A stretch of 64,000 nt of DNA from Camelus ferus. Taxonomy: Eukaryota. The position numbers and the translations under genes are program-made. Location of the stretch: assembly GCF_009834535.1 (NCBI RefSeq), contig NC_045707.1, forward strand, positions 49,106,001 through 49,170,000, in the 5' to 3' direction. A model generated the notes under the pieces. That model did no database searches. It saw only the letters and a program-made list of their open reading frames with translations, and was not told the DNA's origin. Shown here in pieces: positions 37,646-52,129 of the stretch. Position 1 is the first letter of the stretch. Each line of letters begins with the position of its first letter.

Positions 37646-39749
37646 ACTAGATAATAGATATGGAAAGAGAAATCAAGCAAAAATTTAAAAAAAAAATTTA
37701 ATGTTATAATTATTCATGTTTAACAATGGCAAATTTATTTTTATGTCTAGTCTAGTTTGATCAGTTGGGAAACTTTTCATTCATCTGTCAGAATTATGTT
37801 TTTGATTTAAATTGTTAATAGTTATAAAGATTATAAGTGGCCAAGACTTCACTTATTTGGTAGCTTAAGAAAAACTGAATGTCTCTTAGCAACCGGGGCT
37901 GATGATATCTCTGAGAAGAGGCATTTTATCTGTTCTGTTCTCCTATCTTTCTCATTACTGAAACAATAAAGATATAATTAAGGCCATGCCTGGGATTCAA
38001 AATGATGTAAGAAACAGAATGACTGCAAATTATCCTTGGATAGGGTGACTTGCTTTTAGTGAGTACATTGTCTATACATTTGAGCAGAGACATGATGATC
38101 TGATTTTTTTCCCTGTAACCTGGTATATTAAGGGCTGAAAATTTGTAGAACTTGTTCTTGTGCTCCGCTCTTTAAATACTGAAAAAAGGAAAATTATTCC
38201 GAAATTTTCTTGGAGGAGGTTTAGGTATATAAAGCAAATGTTTTTCTCAGAATACTTGATCTTTTAAAGAAAAATAAGATTGGGAGAATCAGAATATAAG
38301 AGTGAAAATTTTCTGGGTCTACAAAAAATCACATTAAATCAAGGAAATTGAAGTGTTCCTCTTTAACCCAGTGTGAAAACTCATTACGAGAAAGGAAAGC
38401 TAATATTCCAAAAACAATAATGACTTGACTTTGTAATAAAAAGTCGTGTTCAACTACTTCATTCTCTATATTTTTTTTAAATAGTTGATGAGGAAATGAA
38501 AACTAGGATGTTTTTGTTCTTTTCACTTGAAAATTCCAAGCAGGCATTCATCAAATAAACCTGTATTTATTTTACTTCCAGTATCCATTAACATTTGTGA
38601 GGAGCCTGAGATTACAATGGGAGCCAGAGGAAGCAGTTACTACAGCAGGATTTTGAATGAGTGCCAGCCAAGCACTCTGCCTTTTCTAAGTGAAACCACT
38701 CTTTGAATTAAATAATTTCCATGGTAATTTAGCAGCATGACCATTTAGAAAAAATGGTCCCTAAAATAACTGTTATTATGTACATCTATAGAAATGGTGA
38801 ATCAAGATAAGGAGACAAGGTTTTACTGAAGCTTGAGGTTTGAAGTATTGATTAAGGCTCAGAAGAATCATACAGGAAGTAACGATTAAACTCAAGAGAG
38901 TACAGAAAGACCTTTTTCTTTTTTTTTCCTCATTTTCCCATAGGTAATGCCAAACAATCTTGACCCAGTGGAATTTCATTAATTTCTAGAAATATTTTTG
39001 ACAGCAGTATCCTCAAATTTGGAAAAAATACCAATGAGATTTTTATTTTATTTGTCTCTTAAGTTTCTGACTGTAATGAAAAATGCAACTGATTTTTCTA
39101 CTCATATCCTTTTTTTCTTTAAACATTTGTTGCAAGTACACTTTAGTTCCCTGCTTCTTGGTTAACATACCATCATAGGAAATATTTCATTTATATATTA
39201 TACTAGATATCTCGGTTTAGATATTCTCCATGGCTGTCTTTCTCATCTTTAAAAATTCAGGTATAGGATAATATCAAATATTTTATGAAGTTCATGGAAT
39301 CTGTGACTAAGGCTATTAATAGGCTGCAATAAATTTAACTAGCACTGAGTGTTGGGAAATTGATGACAGAGCTCCTTGGATACTGAAGTATCCAAATCGG
39401 CATCACTTGTCTCCTTGATTTTCAACAGATCAAACACAACGATTTGGAAAACTCTGTACAACACTAAAATTTTTTAAATAAATAAATGTAGTTAATAAAT
39501 AAATACAAATAGATATGGATAAACAGGCAGAAAAAGCTGGTGATAATATGATTTTAAAATACATATTTTCCCCTTCAAATTATTTTTCTGGATTTCCCTA
39601 TTTCTTTCAATGCAACTACCATTCTTTCATATGTCAAGTCTCCTCAAATTTATGTTAATTTTAATTTCATGGAATTTTTTTTCAGCCACTGCTTCACAAT
39701 ACTGTACATAATATTCCCATCCTCATTTAGAAATCTAGTGTGTCCTTAA

Positions 39750-40790
39750 TTTTCATTCATTTAGAAAACATTTCCTGAATGCCTAGTACATACTAGCTTC
39801 TAATTCAGAGAGTAAAAATAGAATAGTGAACAGAAGAGACAAGATTCTGTTTTTATTGACCTTACCTTTAATGAAAATATAAAAAAATTTTGAAATATTA
39901 AGTCCTATGTATAGATTGTTAGTGATGAGACTAATAGAGCATGAAAGAAAATGTTGGAGTGGGTTTGAATGCTTAGGTAGAATGATCAAAGAAGGGAGAT
40001 GTTGAGAAAGTGGCTCCTGAGTAAAATCTGGACATAAACAGAAAATTTACGATACGGAAGGTTAAGCAAGTGAAGCTTTATTCCTGGAAGAGTAGGAAGG
40101 CCAGTGTGGGTGGCTACTGAACAGAAAATGAGCGGAAAGATTTTATAAAATATCTCCTGAGCCTGGCATTTAAAGCGATCCAAAGTTGTATCCCCCTCTA
40201 CTAACACTCTGTTAATTAACACTCTGCTCAAGCTCAAAGACTCCATGAGCACGCTCATCTTCGAGATGTTATTCTTTTCTTCCTCTGCCTATTTTATACC
40301 CTTTCCTTTACCTAGATAAACAATCTACACATTGTCAAGTAAAATACTATCCCTGACGAACATATACAATTTTCCCAACCTACAATGAATTCTTTTTTTT
40401 GAACTTTCTATAGCACCATTTCTCTCTCTCTCTTTATATGAGCATAATGTATTTATATTTTTCTATCACCAGATCTAAAATTATAAGCTGAGAAATGGGG
40501 AACTATCTTACTAGCTTTCTGTATCCTATAGCAACCAAAGTGCCTTGCATTAAGTCAATTTTTTAAATGGATTTAGTCATATTTGTCTGTAGGATTGAAA
40601 GCTCAGTAAAGGGAGTGATTTAGTCTTTCATTTAACAAACACACATTGAATCCTTACTAAATACTGCACTGAGGATAGAGAAAAAGAAGGCCCAATCCCC
40701 AGAGACAAAAAGATAGCAATCTAGTATATAAGACCAACTGGTAAATGTGCAGGTACACAGCCTAAAGAGCACCTAGTTAGAGATATACAT
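39750..40790. mobile_element. Cluster of L2 3'-end relics in alternating orientation
   Basis: cattcatttagaaaacatttcctgaatgcct (minus); ctgtatcctatagca...aaagtgccttgca (plus); tcatttaacaaacacacattgaatcc (minus). Confidence 0.55.
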
Positions 40791-40799
40791 AGGGGCATG

Positions 40800-41236
40800 G
40801 ATGTGTAACTCTGAGTCCTCCAAGAAGCAGATGCTAAGAAAGGATTAAATGTGCAAAGATTTTCTTAAGGGAAATGTCTGCGAGGGAACATTTAAGTCTG
40901 AGTAAAGGAGAGAGGGAGGGATGAATGGGGGAAAGTTTCCTGGACTTCTGTGTAGTCTAAGGAAGGTTCGGCAAAGCACAAGAGTTACGGAGGCAAAGCC
41001 AAAATCTGAAGAGAACTTTGTCTCCCAGGATGGGTCTGCCTTCATCTCACCAAGTCAGTTACTGATCAGACATGGCCTATGAGAGGTGTGGCTGTGACAC
41101 AAATGCAGCCATAAGCAACAGAGCACAGCAGCTGGATTCTTGGGTAGGGATGCTACTGCAGTGGGAGGTCTGCCAGATACAGCCTCAGGGCTGCCACCCT
41201 GTGGAAGCACACTGGATCCAGAGCTGAACTGCATCA
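40800..41236 (-). mobile_element. LTR16-family ERVL LTR
   Basis: tgtgtaactctgagtcctccaagaagcagatgctaaga...tgtgcaaagatttt...agggaaatgtctg...ggagagagggaggga. Confidence 0.65.
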
Positions 41237-41630
41237 AGGAAGGACTGTCCAGAGTAATCTACAGTTAAGTCATGACTCTGTATCGAATTAGTTCCATGAA
41301 GAAAAAAGGGAAGAAATAAACCGGGGAGGCACAGAGGCATGTGGTGCACTGTAGGTCAGGAACCCACACAGAGAGTAGGTGGCTTGAGCACAGAGTATAA
41401 AGGGAATGTGGTGAGTAAGGGAAGTGGGAATGGAAATGTGGCAAACAGAGGGAACGTCATAAAGAGCCCATGAAAGGCATAGGGGCTTGATCTTGAAGGA
41501 AAGAATCATCAGAGAAGGACTTTTAGCCAGGGGGACTGCTTGACTGCCTGCTCTAGTACTAACAGAAACTAATCAGGCTACCATTTCAGCATTAGCCAGG
41601 TTTTCAACTTACATTAAGTAACAGGTTTTT

Positions 41631-41776
41631 AGGGAACTATATTCAATCTCTTGTAGTAACTTTTAATGAAAAAGAATATGAAAACAAATATAATGCATGT
41701 ATATGTATGACTGAAACTTTATGCTGTATACCAGAAATTGACACAATATCATAAACCGACTATACTTCAATAAAAT
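41631..41776 (+). mobile_element. Short 5'-truncated young L1 3'UTR
   Basis: agggaactatattcaatctcttgtagtaac...tatgctgtataccagaaattgacacaa...gactatacttcaataaaa. Confidence 0.85.
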
Positions 41777-42609
41777 GAAACATTATTTGTAAATGTATTT
41801 AAATATGCAATAATAAAATAATGTTTAGCCAAAAAAATGGTTTGAAAGAAGGTAAATCTTTAAGAATCTTTTTAGTTTTGATGGATTTTAAGTCATTTTG
41901 AAAGAATTAATATCCAATCCCTATAAGAATCTAGATTATAAAATTCAAGGCTACTAAAGGAATGTATTTACAATTCGGGAGTTGGAATTCTCTTATGTTA
42001 CAGGCTATTGTTAAAAAAAAAAATCTTACAAAAATCTCTGAAGAGTTTTTGGATGGTATAGAGAAGCTGGTGTACTTGAGCAAGGGCTTAATCCAGGAGA
42101 GATATGAGCTGGAATATCTGTGAACCTGTCAGGCATCCTTTGCCATTTTGCTAAAGGACTTTCAACACCTTCAGTCTTTCTATTACAGAAATATCACAGA
42201 GTGTGATATTTACCATCATTAAACACAATAAAGTATGTTTCATCCTATCATAGTTTCCTGTAATTCTACCATTAATGGTAATATAAACAGCTCTGGGAAT
42301 GCTACTCAAAGATTATTTACTAAGTGTAGTTATTGGAGACACAAGAGATTATTTACACAATCTGAACCCTTAATTTGTCCCTTCTAATAAAATGCTTCAC
42401 TGAAATAAAGGTGGCTCCATGATCCCCATCACTAGTTATGGACTAATATTCTTAGAAATTAGCTGGACGAGTCAGTGAGAAAGATACAGAAATATTCTGA
42501 GTAAACCAAAGGCAAAATCTTCTCTTCTCACTACATACATATATACAAATATCCACAAAGCGAGGCCACACAAAGAATAGTTTTACACTGCACTGGAGTG
42601 GTTATAGGG

Positions 42610-42837
42610 CAGTGGTTCCAAACCGAGGAAGAGGAGAAATTTTATACCTACCCCTAGGGACATCTGGCCATATCCGCAGAAATTTTAGATTGTAATATGG
42701 CGGGGGGGGGGGTGCTACTTACATCTAGTTAGTGGAGGCAGATATGCTGCTAAATAATGTGTAGTACAGCCTCCCCATTCTCCAAAAAAGGATTAACCAA
42801 CCCAAAATGTTAATAGTTTCCAAATTGAGAAATCCTG
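42610..42837. mobile_element. MER20 hAT MITE
   Basis: cagtggtt...gggacatctggcca...ggtgctacttacatctagttagtggaggc...cccaaaatgttaatagt...ttgagaaatcctg. Confidence 0.85.
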
Positions 42838-43164
42838 TTATGAGATGTTCAATCAATGTGATCCTTACTGCATGTCATCAAGCCCTGGCCTGGGAAACAA
42901 ACATAAACCAGCCCAGGTTGCTACATAGAAGAGTGAGACAAGAACAGCCCTCTGGATGAGAGAAGATCCTACCTTCACTCCACATAATACACAGGTATTT
43001 TTCACCTGACACATATGTATCTTCATGACTAGTGAAACAGCTGACTGGTTGTTTCTAGCTTCAGTGACAAAGAAAATAGGGACAGTGTGGAGAAAGTTCC
43101 CTTGTATTTCTGGGGAGAAAGTGGCTGCCTACCAAATCCCATTATCCCAAGTGGCCAACAGACT

Positions 43165-43440
43165 AGGCAATCCTACTATGTGTTAAGCAACTGGACCCTA
43201 TTTTATTAAATATTTACTATAATCCTTTAATGCATAGTTACATAAATTATATATATTAATATACAAATACAGATTACCCACTTTAATGTTATACTATATA
43301 TATATATATATATCCCATTTTACTAATGAGGAAACTGAGGAAGAGTAGTTTGTTAGTTTGTTCAAGTTCTTATAGCTCTTATAGTTCTTATAGCTCATAA
43401 GCAGGATGGCATAACAACTCGTATGTCATCCAAGTACTAG
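43165..43440 (-). mobile_element. MIR relic with internal (TA)n
   Basis: cctactatgtgttaagca...tatcccattttactaatgaggaaactgagg. Confidence 0.65.
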
Positions 43441-43478
43441 CATTTTGGAAGTTTCTCTCTCTTGCAACTGCTGTTGCA

Positions 43479-43522
43479 GTTTGTTTTTGTTTGTTTGTTT
43501 GTTTGTTTGTTTGTTTGTTTTT
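43479..43522 (+). repeat. (TTTG)n microsatellite
   Basis: gtttgtttttgtttgtttgtttgtttgtttgtttgtttgttttt. Confidence 0.9.
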
Positions 43523-44075
43523 AAATTGTGAAGCTATTTTTCCCTATACATCTCTGATTTAATAAACCCATGCCTCTCTCTAATAAGATCACCAATTATA
43601 TTCTAGTCACAAAATCTGAATACCTTTACTTCAGTTTCCATCTTCTCTGAGGTTTCTGATTCGCTTGTTACTAATGAGACTATCTCTAGTGACATGACAG
43701 TTGGCTTGTTTTATTGGTCTCACGACTTGACCATCAACCTTTATTCTGTTTCCTTCTGGTCTGTTATGACTATTTTTATCCTCCTATTCTCCAAATTTGG
43801 CTATCCTCCATGATTTTGTTCTTAAACCTCTTTACTTCTCTATGATCACATTATTGGCAGCTTAACCTCACTTCTCTGTTCAATGCAGATAACACAGAAA
43901 TCAGTTTTAATATAGCAGATATGTGATTATACAAGCAGTTGCTGATTAAAGGGGTACATATACAAGTGATTTCTGAATAAAAGATAAATATTATTTAGTT
44001 AAAGAGAACTAAAGGCTAAAATCTAGAAAAGACTAACTTTGATCGGTGGGCAAAAGCATATTTATTGAGGGAATC

Positions 44076-44343
44076 TGTGATGGTTACTGTTTTGTACCAG
44101 CTTGGCTAGGCCATGGTACTCAGATATTTGGTCAAACATCAATCTAGATATCTCTGTGAAGATATTTTTAAGATGAGATTTCAAGATTTAAGATGAGTCT
44201 AAATGAGTAGACTCTGAATAATGTAGATTACCCTTCATAATATGGATGTACCTCATCCAATCAGTTGAAGGTCTTAAGAGAAACCAGACTGAGATTTCCT
44301 GAGGAAGAGGGAATTCTACCTCCAAACTGCCTTCAGACCCAAG

Positions 44344-44381
<38 letters not shown>

Positions 44382-44447
44382 ACACACCATACGCACACTC
44401 ACACATATCCTATCGATTTTTTTTTTTTTCTGGAGAACTCTAATACA
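44076..44447 (+). mobile_element. MLT2B-like ERVL LTR with internal (CA)n, inside an L2 relic
   Basis: tgtgatggtta...cttggctaggccatggtactcagatatttggtcaaaca...cctcatccaatcagttgaaggtcttaa...ctggagaactctaataca; (CA)n at 44347-44405. Confidence 0.88.
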
Positions 44448-44829
44448 GCCTGATAAAAAAAAAAAGGCTACAAAAGTTAGTGACAAACCCGGCAGAGATT
44501 ACCTTCTAGGCCACTGATGGAGTTTCAAGAAGGTGTTAGGTGTTCAGCAATGCCAAATGCTACAGAAAGCCCTAGGTTTTGCAACAGAGAAGAGATCAGT
44601 AAAGAATAATCTTTCATCAGTGGTAACTTAAACAAGAGAAGTTCCAGTGGCATACTGGAACAAAACTGTGATGGGTTAAAGAGTAGGTGATTATGAGAAC
44701 TGGAGACGTTAACTTAGACAACTCTGTCAAGATATTTGATAATGTCAGATATTACTGCATTACTTTCTCTTTCTAGTCTTACTGCCAGTCCCTAAGTTAA
44801 AGCCCTTTTCCCATTCCCTAACTATTTTG

Positions 44830-44940
44830 CTTTAAATGACAGCTCTATTGATATATATAACTCACATACCATAAAGCTCATGCTTTTAAAGTGTAAGTGA
44901 GTGGATTTACTTTATCACAGAGATGTGCAACCACCCCCCA
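44830..44940 (-). mobile_element. L1MB-type 3' end fragment
   Basis: acagctctattgatatatataactcacataccataaa...ttttaaagtgta...tcacagagatgtgcaaccacc. Confidence 0.7.
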
Positions 44941-45339
44941 ATTGTTTATCACACTTGTGCTGAGTCTCCCTTTCCACACCCATCTACTCATGCCCTCCAT
45001 ATTTATTTATTTTTAAGTACAGAATAATTAGGTCTCACTTGGTCCAAAAATCTGTAACTGTCTCTGTTTACTCAGTTATCCACTATTTTTCAGTATGGCT
45101 CAAGACCTTCCAGACCTTGGCCCTCTTCACTTGCTTTCAATTTCCAGAAAGCTAGATTTTTTTTTTTTTTTTAAATTTCTGAACAGCCATTTGTTTCCTA
45201 GCACATGTTGTCCATCCCCTTGATCTGGAACACTCCATTCCCAACAATCTAGCATCATATATAATTCCTACTCATCACTCATACTTACATGTCATTAACC
45301 TCAAAATGTCTCTCCTTTATTTCATAACTAATTATCTAA

Positions 45340-45770
45340 ATGTCAGTTTGGCTGTGCCTAACAGAAATCATAGAAATGGTGCTTTACAAAGTTTAAAACT
45401 TTCTCATAAAAAGTCCAGATATGAGCAGTCTCTAGAGTGGGAACAGTGACTTTCCAGCTTCACATTTCACTAACGATCGGGTGTGACCCATGTCCTCATA
45501 GACCAAAACAGACTCACTTACAGAAGAAGCATCCCAAACAGCAAAAGGGAGAAAAGAGGAAAGACAAAGATACACTCTAGCTCTCTTTTACACAAATTAA
45601 CTGAAAGTATCCATATAATACTTCGACTTCCAGCCCACTGATCAGCACGTACTCAGGCACATGACACCTAGCTGAAAGGATGCTGGGAAATATAAATTTC
45701 CTTCTTGTTGGTCAACACTGTCAAAGGGGAGACTGGAGATGGGAGCAGGCAACTTGCAGTCTCTGTCACA
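45340..45770 (-). mobile_element. MLT1 (J/K-type) MaLR LTR inside an L2
   Basis: tttggctgtgcctaacagaaa...aaaaagtccaga...catgacacctagctgaaaggatgctgggaaat...gcagtctctgtcaca. Confidence 0.65.
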
Positions 45771-48700
45771 ACCTGTATTCTAGGCTCTTAGACATTTCTG
45801 TCCTGATATTGCAGCTATTTGGACAATAACTATAAATAATATAGTAATTTTATCCCTATTTAGAACATAAATTCTGAGAAAGCAGAGACTGAATTAACTG
45901 TTGTATCCACTGCAGTGTTCAACACTTTCTTTACTTTAATGTAAAAAAAAAAAGTTTAGCTGACAAGTCATAACTTATTCCCTTCTGAATTCAGAACCAA
46001 TTATGGCAGATACACAGGAGTGACACAGGAAAAACTAGGAAAGCTGGACTGGAGTATGAAAACCCAGCTTAAACCTGAGGCCACAGCTCTTTTCCTATAG
46101 CATACTTTACAGCTAGTACCTCAAGCAAAGACATCACGTAACTACAGCATTATACAATTAGACCTTCCTCGGTTGCTTCTGCATGGAGGATGGGAACAGA
46201 GTGGTCTTATGCTCCTTAAGAAAGACTAGTTCAAGAGATAGGTTCAGAGATTGAAAGAGAAACATTGAGAGTAAGAAATGTTACTGATTTGTCTGTTGCA
46301 TGGCCAAAGAGCTGGAAGAAAGACCCAGAGGTGTTTTTTTCCAATATTTGTACACCCAGGTAGTGGAGTGAAACTCTGTTGAAGCAGGAGTCGGTAATTA
46401 CTGCTTCTCACAAAGTGTGTACATGCACACATTTATTATAGTCACTGATCTGAACTTCAATTACTTCATCTGGTGACTTCTCACATGCTGTGCAGTAATT
46501 ACAATAAGAGCTCAGCATCATATGGATTAATCAGCTCTCCCACTTCAGGTCTGATGATCACTTTTAGTGATTTCTTGAAGAGGTAAGAAAAGGGAAGAGT
46601 TTACTGCTTTTATTTAAAAGAATGTTATAACTTACTGAGAACTTGCCAAAGAAAATCAAACAAGTAATATTTGCATAACTTACTTTTTTTCTTCTGAATT
46701 CTATTGTTACTGACTAATAGGGAGTCTTTGATCACGAAGGAACAAATCTCAAAATGGAAATTTACAGAAGGCGTAGTAGAATTGTGGAAAGTTAGAGGAC
46801 AGAATCAATCAGTTCTCTCTTAATACTTTTAATTCCTCTGTTTCAGTCCTTATTTGGTGATATCATTGTGCTTTATAATTCTGTCTCACCTGCCAGGCTG
46901 TGAGTTTCTCGAGTAAAGAAACTAGATCTTAATTAATGTTAGGGTTCCTAGGACCTATCATTCTTCCTAGCACAAAGCAGATTACTTAATATGAGGCTAA
47001 TGACTACTGTTGTTGTTGTGTGTGTGTATGTGTGTGATAAAGAAAATAACATATCTTCAATATGGAAAGCACATTTCTGTCTGCTTGTGTATTTGTGAAC
47101 AGGGAAACAAATACAAAAAAGAGAACATAATTCTGTTTCCAAATACAGTTTGTTTTAAAATTTATTTATTTCTTAGAACATGTAAGGGAGTGAGAGAAGG
47201 AGTGAAAAAGTTTGAACGAAAAACACAAGGTTCTAACGCTCTGAGAATTACTGTACAGGGATAAAGAAAGAAGTTGTAAATACTATACTAAAGGCATGGG
47301 GACCAGGAGAAAAACGCATACCCAAGAGAGTACTGTAACCCTAAATTTTAATGTAGATGCTTGCATTTGACCAGTGCCAAGAAGTCCCATTACTCTAAGT
47401 CACCCCAAGCATATTCAGCACATCTTGCTCGAGGCTTTTTTTTTGAGCCAGTTCTTGGTATTGAATATAGAGCTAAAAAAGACAGGCTTTCATGGAGATT
47501 GTGCTTAGTAGTGGTAGTGAGCATGCGCAAATACAAAAAAAAAGTTACCGGGACTTGGTAGATACTTCTTTAAAAAAAAAAAATCTGTTACTTAATAGCA
47601 AAGCTTTCTTCCTGGCAGAATCTATTTTTTATAGCACAGTTTGAATGTAAACTTTGCAAAATTATCTCGCAATTCCTTAAATCCTACCAAACCTACATAC
47701 ATATTGTCTATGAAATAGATTTAGCTATTTTATAAATCGTAAATCATCATGTTCCCCCTCCTAATGAGATAACACAAGACGAGAGGGGATATTTTTTATT
47801 GATTTCCCCCCCTGACTTCCTAGGTTCATCCTAGTTGGATTTGCTCAATCAGCCCTTACCCAATTAGTCTTTTTAAATTCTTGAGTCAGTTCTGAGTAAG
47901 ACCAAAGTGAATTAGCAACCTCTGTTCAATCTGAGGATACAGCCTAGGAGTAGTCTTTTTTCAATGAAACCAGTACTTTCGGTAAATTCTAGTTACCTGT
48001 GGAGCTTCTTATTTAGCTTTCCATGTATCTCCAGAACTTCTCTTTCTTCTCTTCCTGCTCTTTCCTTCCATCACCAACAGGGTAAATACATTTATCTACG
48101 TGGCTATTTTTTTCCCCATTGTCTGTCTGTCTGCCTGATCCATTGACGATAGCTAGAAATAGAACCCTGTCCTATAACAATGGAATCAGAAAATACCGTC
48201 ACTCCCAGGAACTCAGTCCTATTTCCCATTATCCTGTGTCTGACTAGGGTCCTTCTTGAAAAAGTCACCACTGACTTTGAGTATCAGCTCTAGTTTGAGA
48301 AACCATCTTTAATTGGTTGATGTTCATGTACAAAACCTGCCTAGACTAGGTCTGAACTTTCACTGCTCACTGTCGTAACAGCCTGCCATTAAGCAAGCCA
48401 GCTACAGGCGGACACATTTACTTTAGGTGCTATACAAACCCAACACTCTCTCCCTCCTTCCCCACTGTTCATGTTACTGAGAACTTGGTATATTTAAACA
48501 TGCTCATAGTATGACCATATCTAAAGAAATCCATTCTTTTGCAGTGTATACCCCCAAAATATATCGAATTAATGTATACAAAGAAAGATAAAAGCAGTCA
48601 TGCTGGTACAAAATGTTTACTGACATTGACTAGCAAAGAACAAGACTTAGAGTTGTTAGTCTTTTCAGACACACTGCTTGAGTGAAGCAAATTTCAGCTA

Positions 48701-51639
48701 GCTCTGCAGCATTAGTCAGACCTTCAAGCTTAAAATTCTGAATTGTTTAATATTTTCCATTACTGTGAAGGTAAACATAGTCATTAATTCAACATCTTGG
48801 CAACAGCAATGTTTTGTTGTGAAAAAGTGGATCACCAACTTTGGTAAATACGTGAGTGCACAGGAAATTTTGATAAACAGTGTTTGTGAGAATGGATAAA
48901 CAACGTTCTTGAAATGTATTTGACTGGATGTTTATTCTTTAAATCACCATAACCATTTATATAAGAAGCTTAGAATGATGTTAAAATATTTTTGAAATAG
49001 TCTAAAATATCTTCACATATAATTCACATTTATTTTCCAGCAATCATGAAAATTGAATTATCTTCTCCAATAAAACAGTATTTTACCCAGCAAAGAAAAT
49101 AGTGTTATAGAGTCATATTTTAAGAGGGTCACATTTGAGCATAAGCCAAATAGCTAAGCCAATCCTTGCTTTTAAAGGTAAAAGAAAGCAAAAAAAAAAA
49201 AAAAAAAAAAAGTAAGTTTGAGTGCTTTCTTACAAACTTCAGTTTTATAAGTGGTGTACTCTAGTAACAGTAATTATTAATTACATGTAAGTGATTTTAT
49301 GTGGCATAAGCTTAATTCATAATATATTTGCACTTTTAATGATTCCTAGGGTTTACCAGAGAAGAAAAAGTAAATCTAATGATTCCATACACTGAATTTT
49401 CTATTATTAAATTTTAAAATATATTTTGGAGGAAACATACACATATTATACATGTTATATATAGGAAATAGGTGTTAAATTATAAAAGATTTGCCATATC
49501 TAAACTATTTCCTTTCTTGTTTCTGTGTTGCAAAGTTGCATCCAGGATGACCAAAGTGAGCCAAGAGAGGCTTGGCTGATGTGCAGAGAAAAAAGAAACA
49601 ATTTCAGGATAACTATTTAATGTGTCAGTTTGTCTGGGTTCATAAACTAAAGAATGAGAAAAGGTTCTGAGTCCCACTTCCAAATGGAATGCTTAAAAAA
49701 TATGGACTCTCCCAAATGGAAACTTATGTGGCTAATTTCCTTCCAATGAGACTGAATTGGCATACATATAACTAAAATTCTTCAATGTGAAACAAAGCAT
49801 TTTCTCAAACCATGTCTTTCTCCATTTTTCTTATCTTGTTAATAAATGTCAGAGATGGAATAAAAAGCCAATTGTTTAGTATATGCAGGAGAAATTGTGA
49901 CTTCAGCCTGAGCAATCTAAATTTCCTGGCTTTCCAATATAACTTAGATTATATTTTCCACTGTGGAGGGTAATGAATTTGGGGAAACTCTTAAAAATAT
50001 TCACTCAGGATAATTTGTATCTATATGGAAAGGATTTGAGGAAATAAAATTTGCTATAGTTATTACAGAAGAATCACTTGGTTCTTTGACATACAATGTA
50101 TGTATGGAGTGGCCATCATGATGCCACACTTCCTTCCCATCAACTAAACCTATGCTAAATATTGATGTTTGAAGACAAGGAACAAAAAGAAGGGAATAAA
50201 TAAATAATCACTCTCCCCCCTTCCTCATTGATTGATTTCTGGTGTGTGCCTTTGTAGTCTGAACCCAGTTAGGAGAGAGTGAGAATGTGGGGCCATGTGT
50301 AAATAACTTCTTCAATCTGAACTCCTCCTGGTTTTAGTTACAAAATTAGGATTGTGTCAATGTAGCTTCTCAGATCTCTTCCATTTACTTACTGCATTAC
50401 TATGTATACACTTGTGGTATTCAAAGAAATATAGACAATATAGGAATTCTATGGAATTTATCAAAAGTAAATAACATAGCCTTTTCAAACATGTGAAAAA
50501 TTAACTTTATAATAGATTAACTCCCGGCAAATTTTTACCAAGAGTAAAACATAGTAAAACGAGGAGAAGCAACTATAAATGGAGAATCAAATGTGAGAAA
50601 TCCCTAACAAAGCAATTAGAAAAATGCAAGCATAGAAGGAACTATTTGCTGCAAAGCAAATCTTGAGTGTGTAGATGGAGAGTTTATCATATGTCAGAAA
50701 AAAAAAGAAGTACTGAACCCCTGAAAATAAGACATAAACTGATACATGTACCAAACATAAAAAAATATGTAATTATCATTTTGAAGCCAGACTGTTCCAC
50801 CACAACATTAAAGTACTGAGAACAAAAAAAAGCAACATCTGAAGAATGTTCAGGGGAAAAATATTAAATGTGTTCTAAACAAGGACAGCATTCACATAAA
50901 AAAAAAAAAAAGACATTTTGAAATACAAAATAATTTTTTTTAAAAAGCACCTCTTGAAAAGTCTATCTGAAAATGCAATCCAGTCAAATAATGAATCAAA
51001 ATTAAAAACACATAAATCAACAGGTCAAAGACTGAAAGGATTAGAAGAGTATTCTGAACCCAGGTAAACACATCATTAAATTCTAATAATTATAACAGAC
51101 TGTAAAACAGAATTATTTTAATTACAGAAATAAAAGCCAATACATTAAAAATAATAGAGAGGCAAAAATATCCAGAGTGTGCCAAAAATGTGGAGAGCTA
51201 GCCAGAGAGAGAAGGGTATAATAGTCCTTAATCTTCTACAGCAGGGAATCAAAGGATATTGTTTCTCTAACTAGAAAAGTTGGCAACATAACTTAAAGAT
51301 AGAGAGATAATCACTTTTAGAAAAGAACAATGAATAGATTATATTCCTTCCAAATGAGCAGATAGAAGAGAAAGAATAGCAAAAACAATTAAAATAAATG
51401 ATACCCATAACAATGTTCAGACTTAGACACTCAAAGCAAAACAAAACCTCTGATAAGGCAATGGATGCAAATTTAACCAAACAGATACAATGCATCCTGA
51501 AACCTAAAGAAATAAAGTAAGCTGTAAAAGAAAAATAATCAGATCAGCTTCATATTTTTTTCATCAGTAAAACTAGATGCCAAAAAATGAAACACCTTGA
51601 AAAATTTTAGGGGAATAGTTTATCTACAATTTTATACTC

Positions 51640-52093
51640 TCGTGGTAAATTGTATAATGACTCAAAACTGTTCACTCCCTCCTCATAATAGGATTATACA
51701 TCCCTGTCAATCGACCTGTGATTTTCCTAAGCATTAGCTGCCATGGCACTGACCACAGATGTTGACCAGGTAGATGTGCTTTTAAACTGACACGTGAACG
51801 GACATGGTATTTGCCAGATCTGGGTTGGAAGCTTTAAATGTCACTGAGTGATCTGGTTTGACATCACCCTTGCATCCCTACCCTCTGCTGTGGGCATGCA
51901 CATCCTAAACAGGGGCCACTCTATCAGCCTGAGGCTCTGAATAAGAAGATACTGAACTGCTGAGCCAAGCTGAGCTGCACAGATTCAGGCAGAGATGAAG
52001 CTAATCCTCAGCCCTCATACTGTGTGAGCCAGAAATAAATACATGCTGTCTTAAGTCACTGAGATTTCACCACAGCAAAACTGAAAAAAATAC
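51640..52093 (+). mobile_element. MLT1H-like MaLR LTR
   Basis: gtggtaaattgtataatg...aggattatacatccctg...gagccagaaataaat...taagtcactgagattt...cacagcaaaactga. Confidence 0.65.
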
Positions 52094-52129
52094 AGACATA
52101 AAAAGAACTCTTACTCCCTGAGGAGAGTA

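Noticed and set aside
42189..42211. 10-bp perfect inverted repeat aaatatcaca-gag-tgtgatattt
   Set aside because: About one such stem is expected by chance in 64 kb of AT-rich DNA, and it is too short for a pre-miRNA.
43368..43394. 3 x 9-bp tandem repeat tcttatagy
   Set aside because: Simple slippage inside a MIR; no spacers, so not CRISPR-like.
46549..46582. 34-nt micro-exon-like segment with TGATGA (possible C/D snoRNA box)
   Set aside because: No properly placed D box or terminal stem, and splice signals alone are insufficient.
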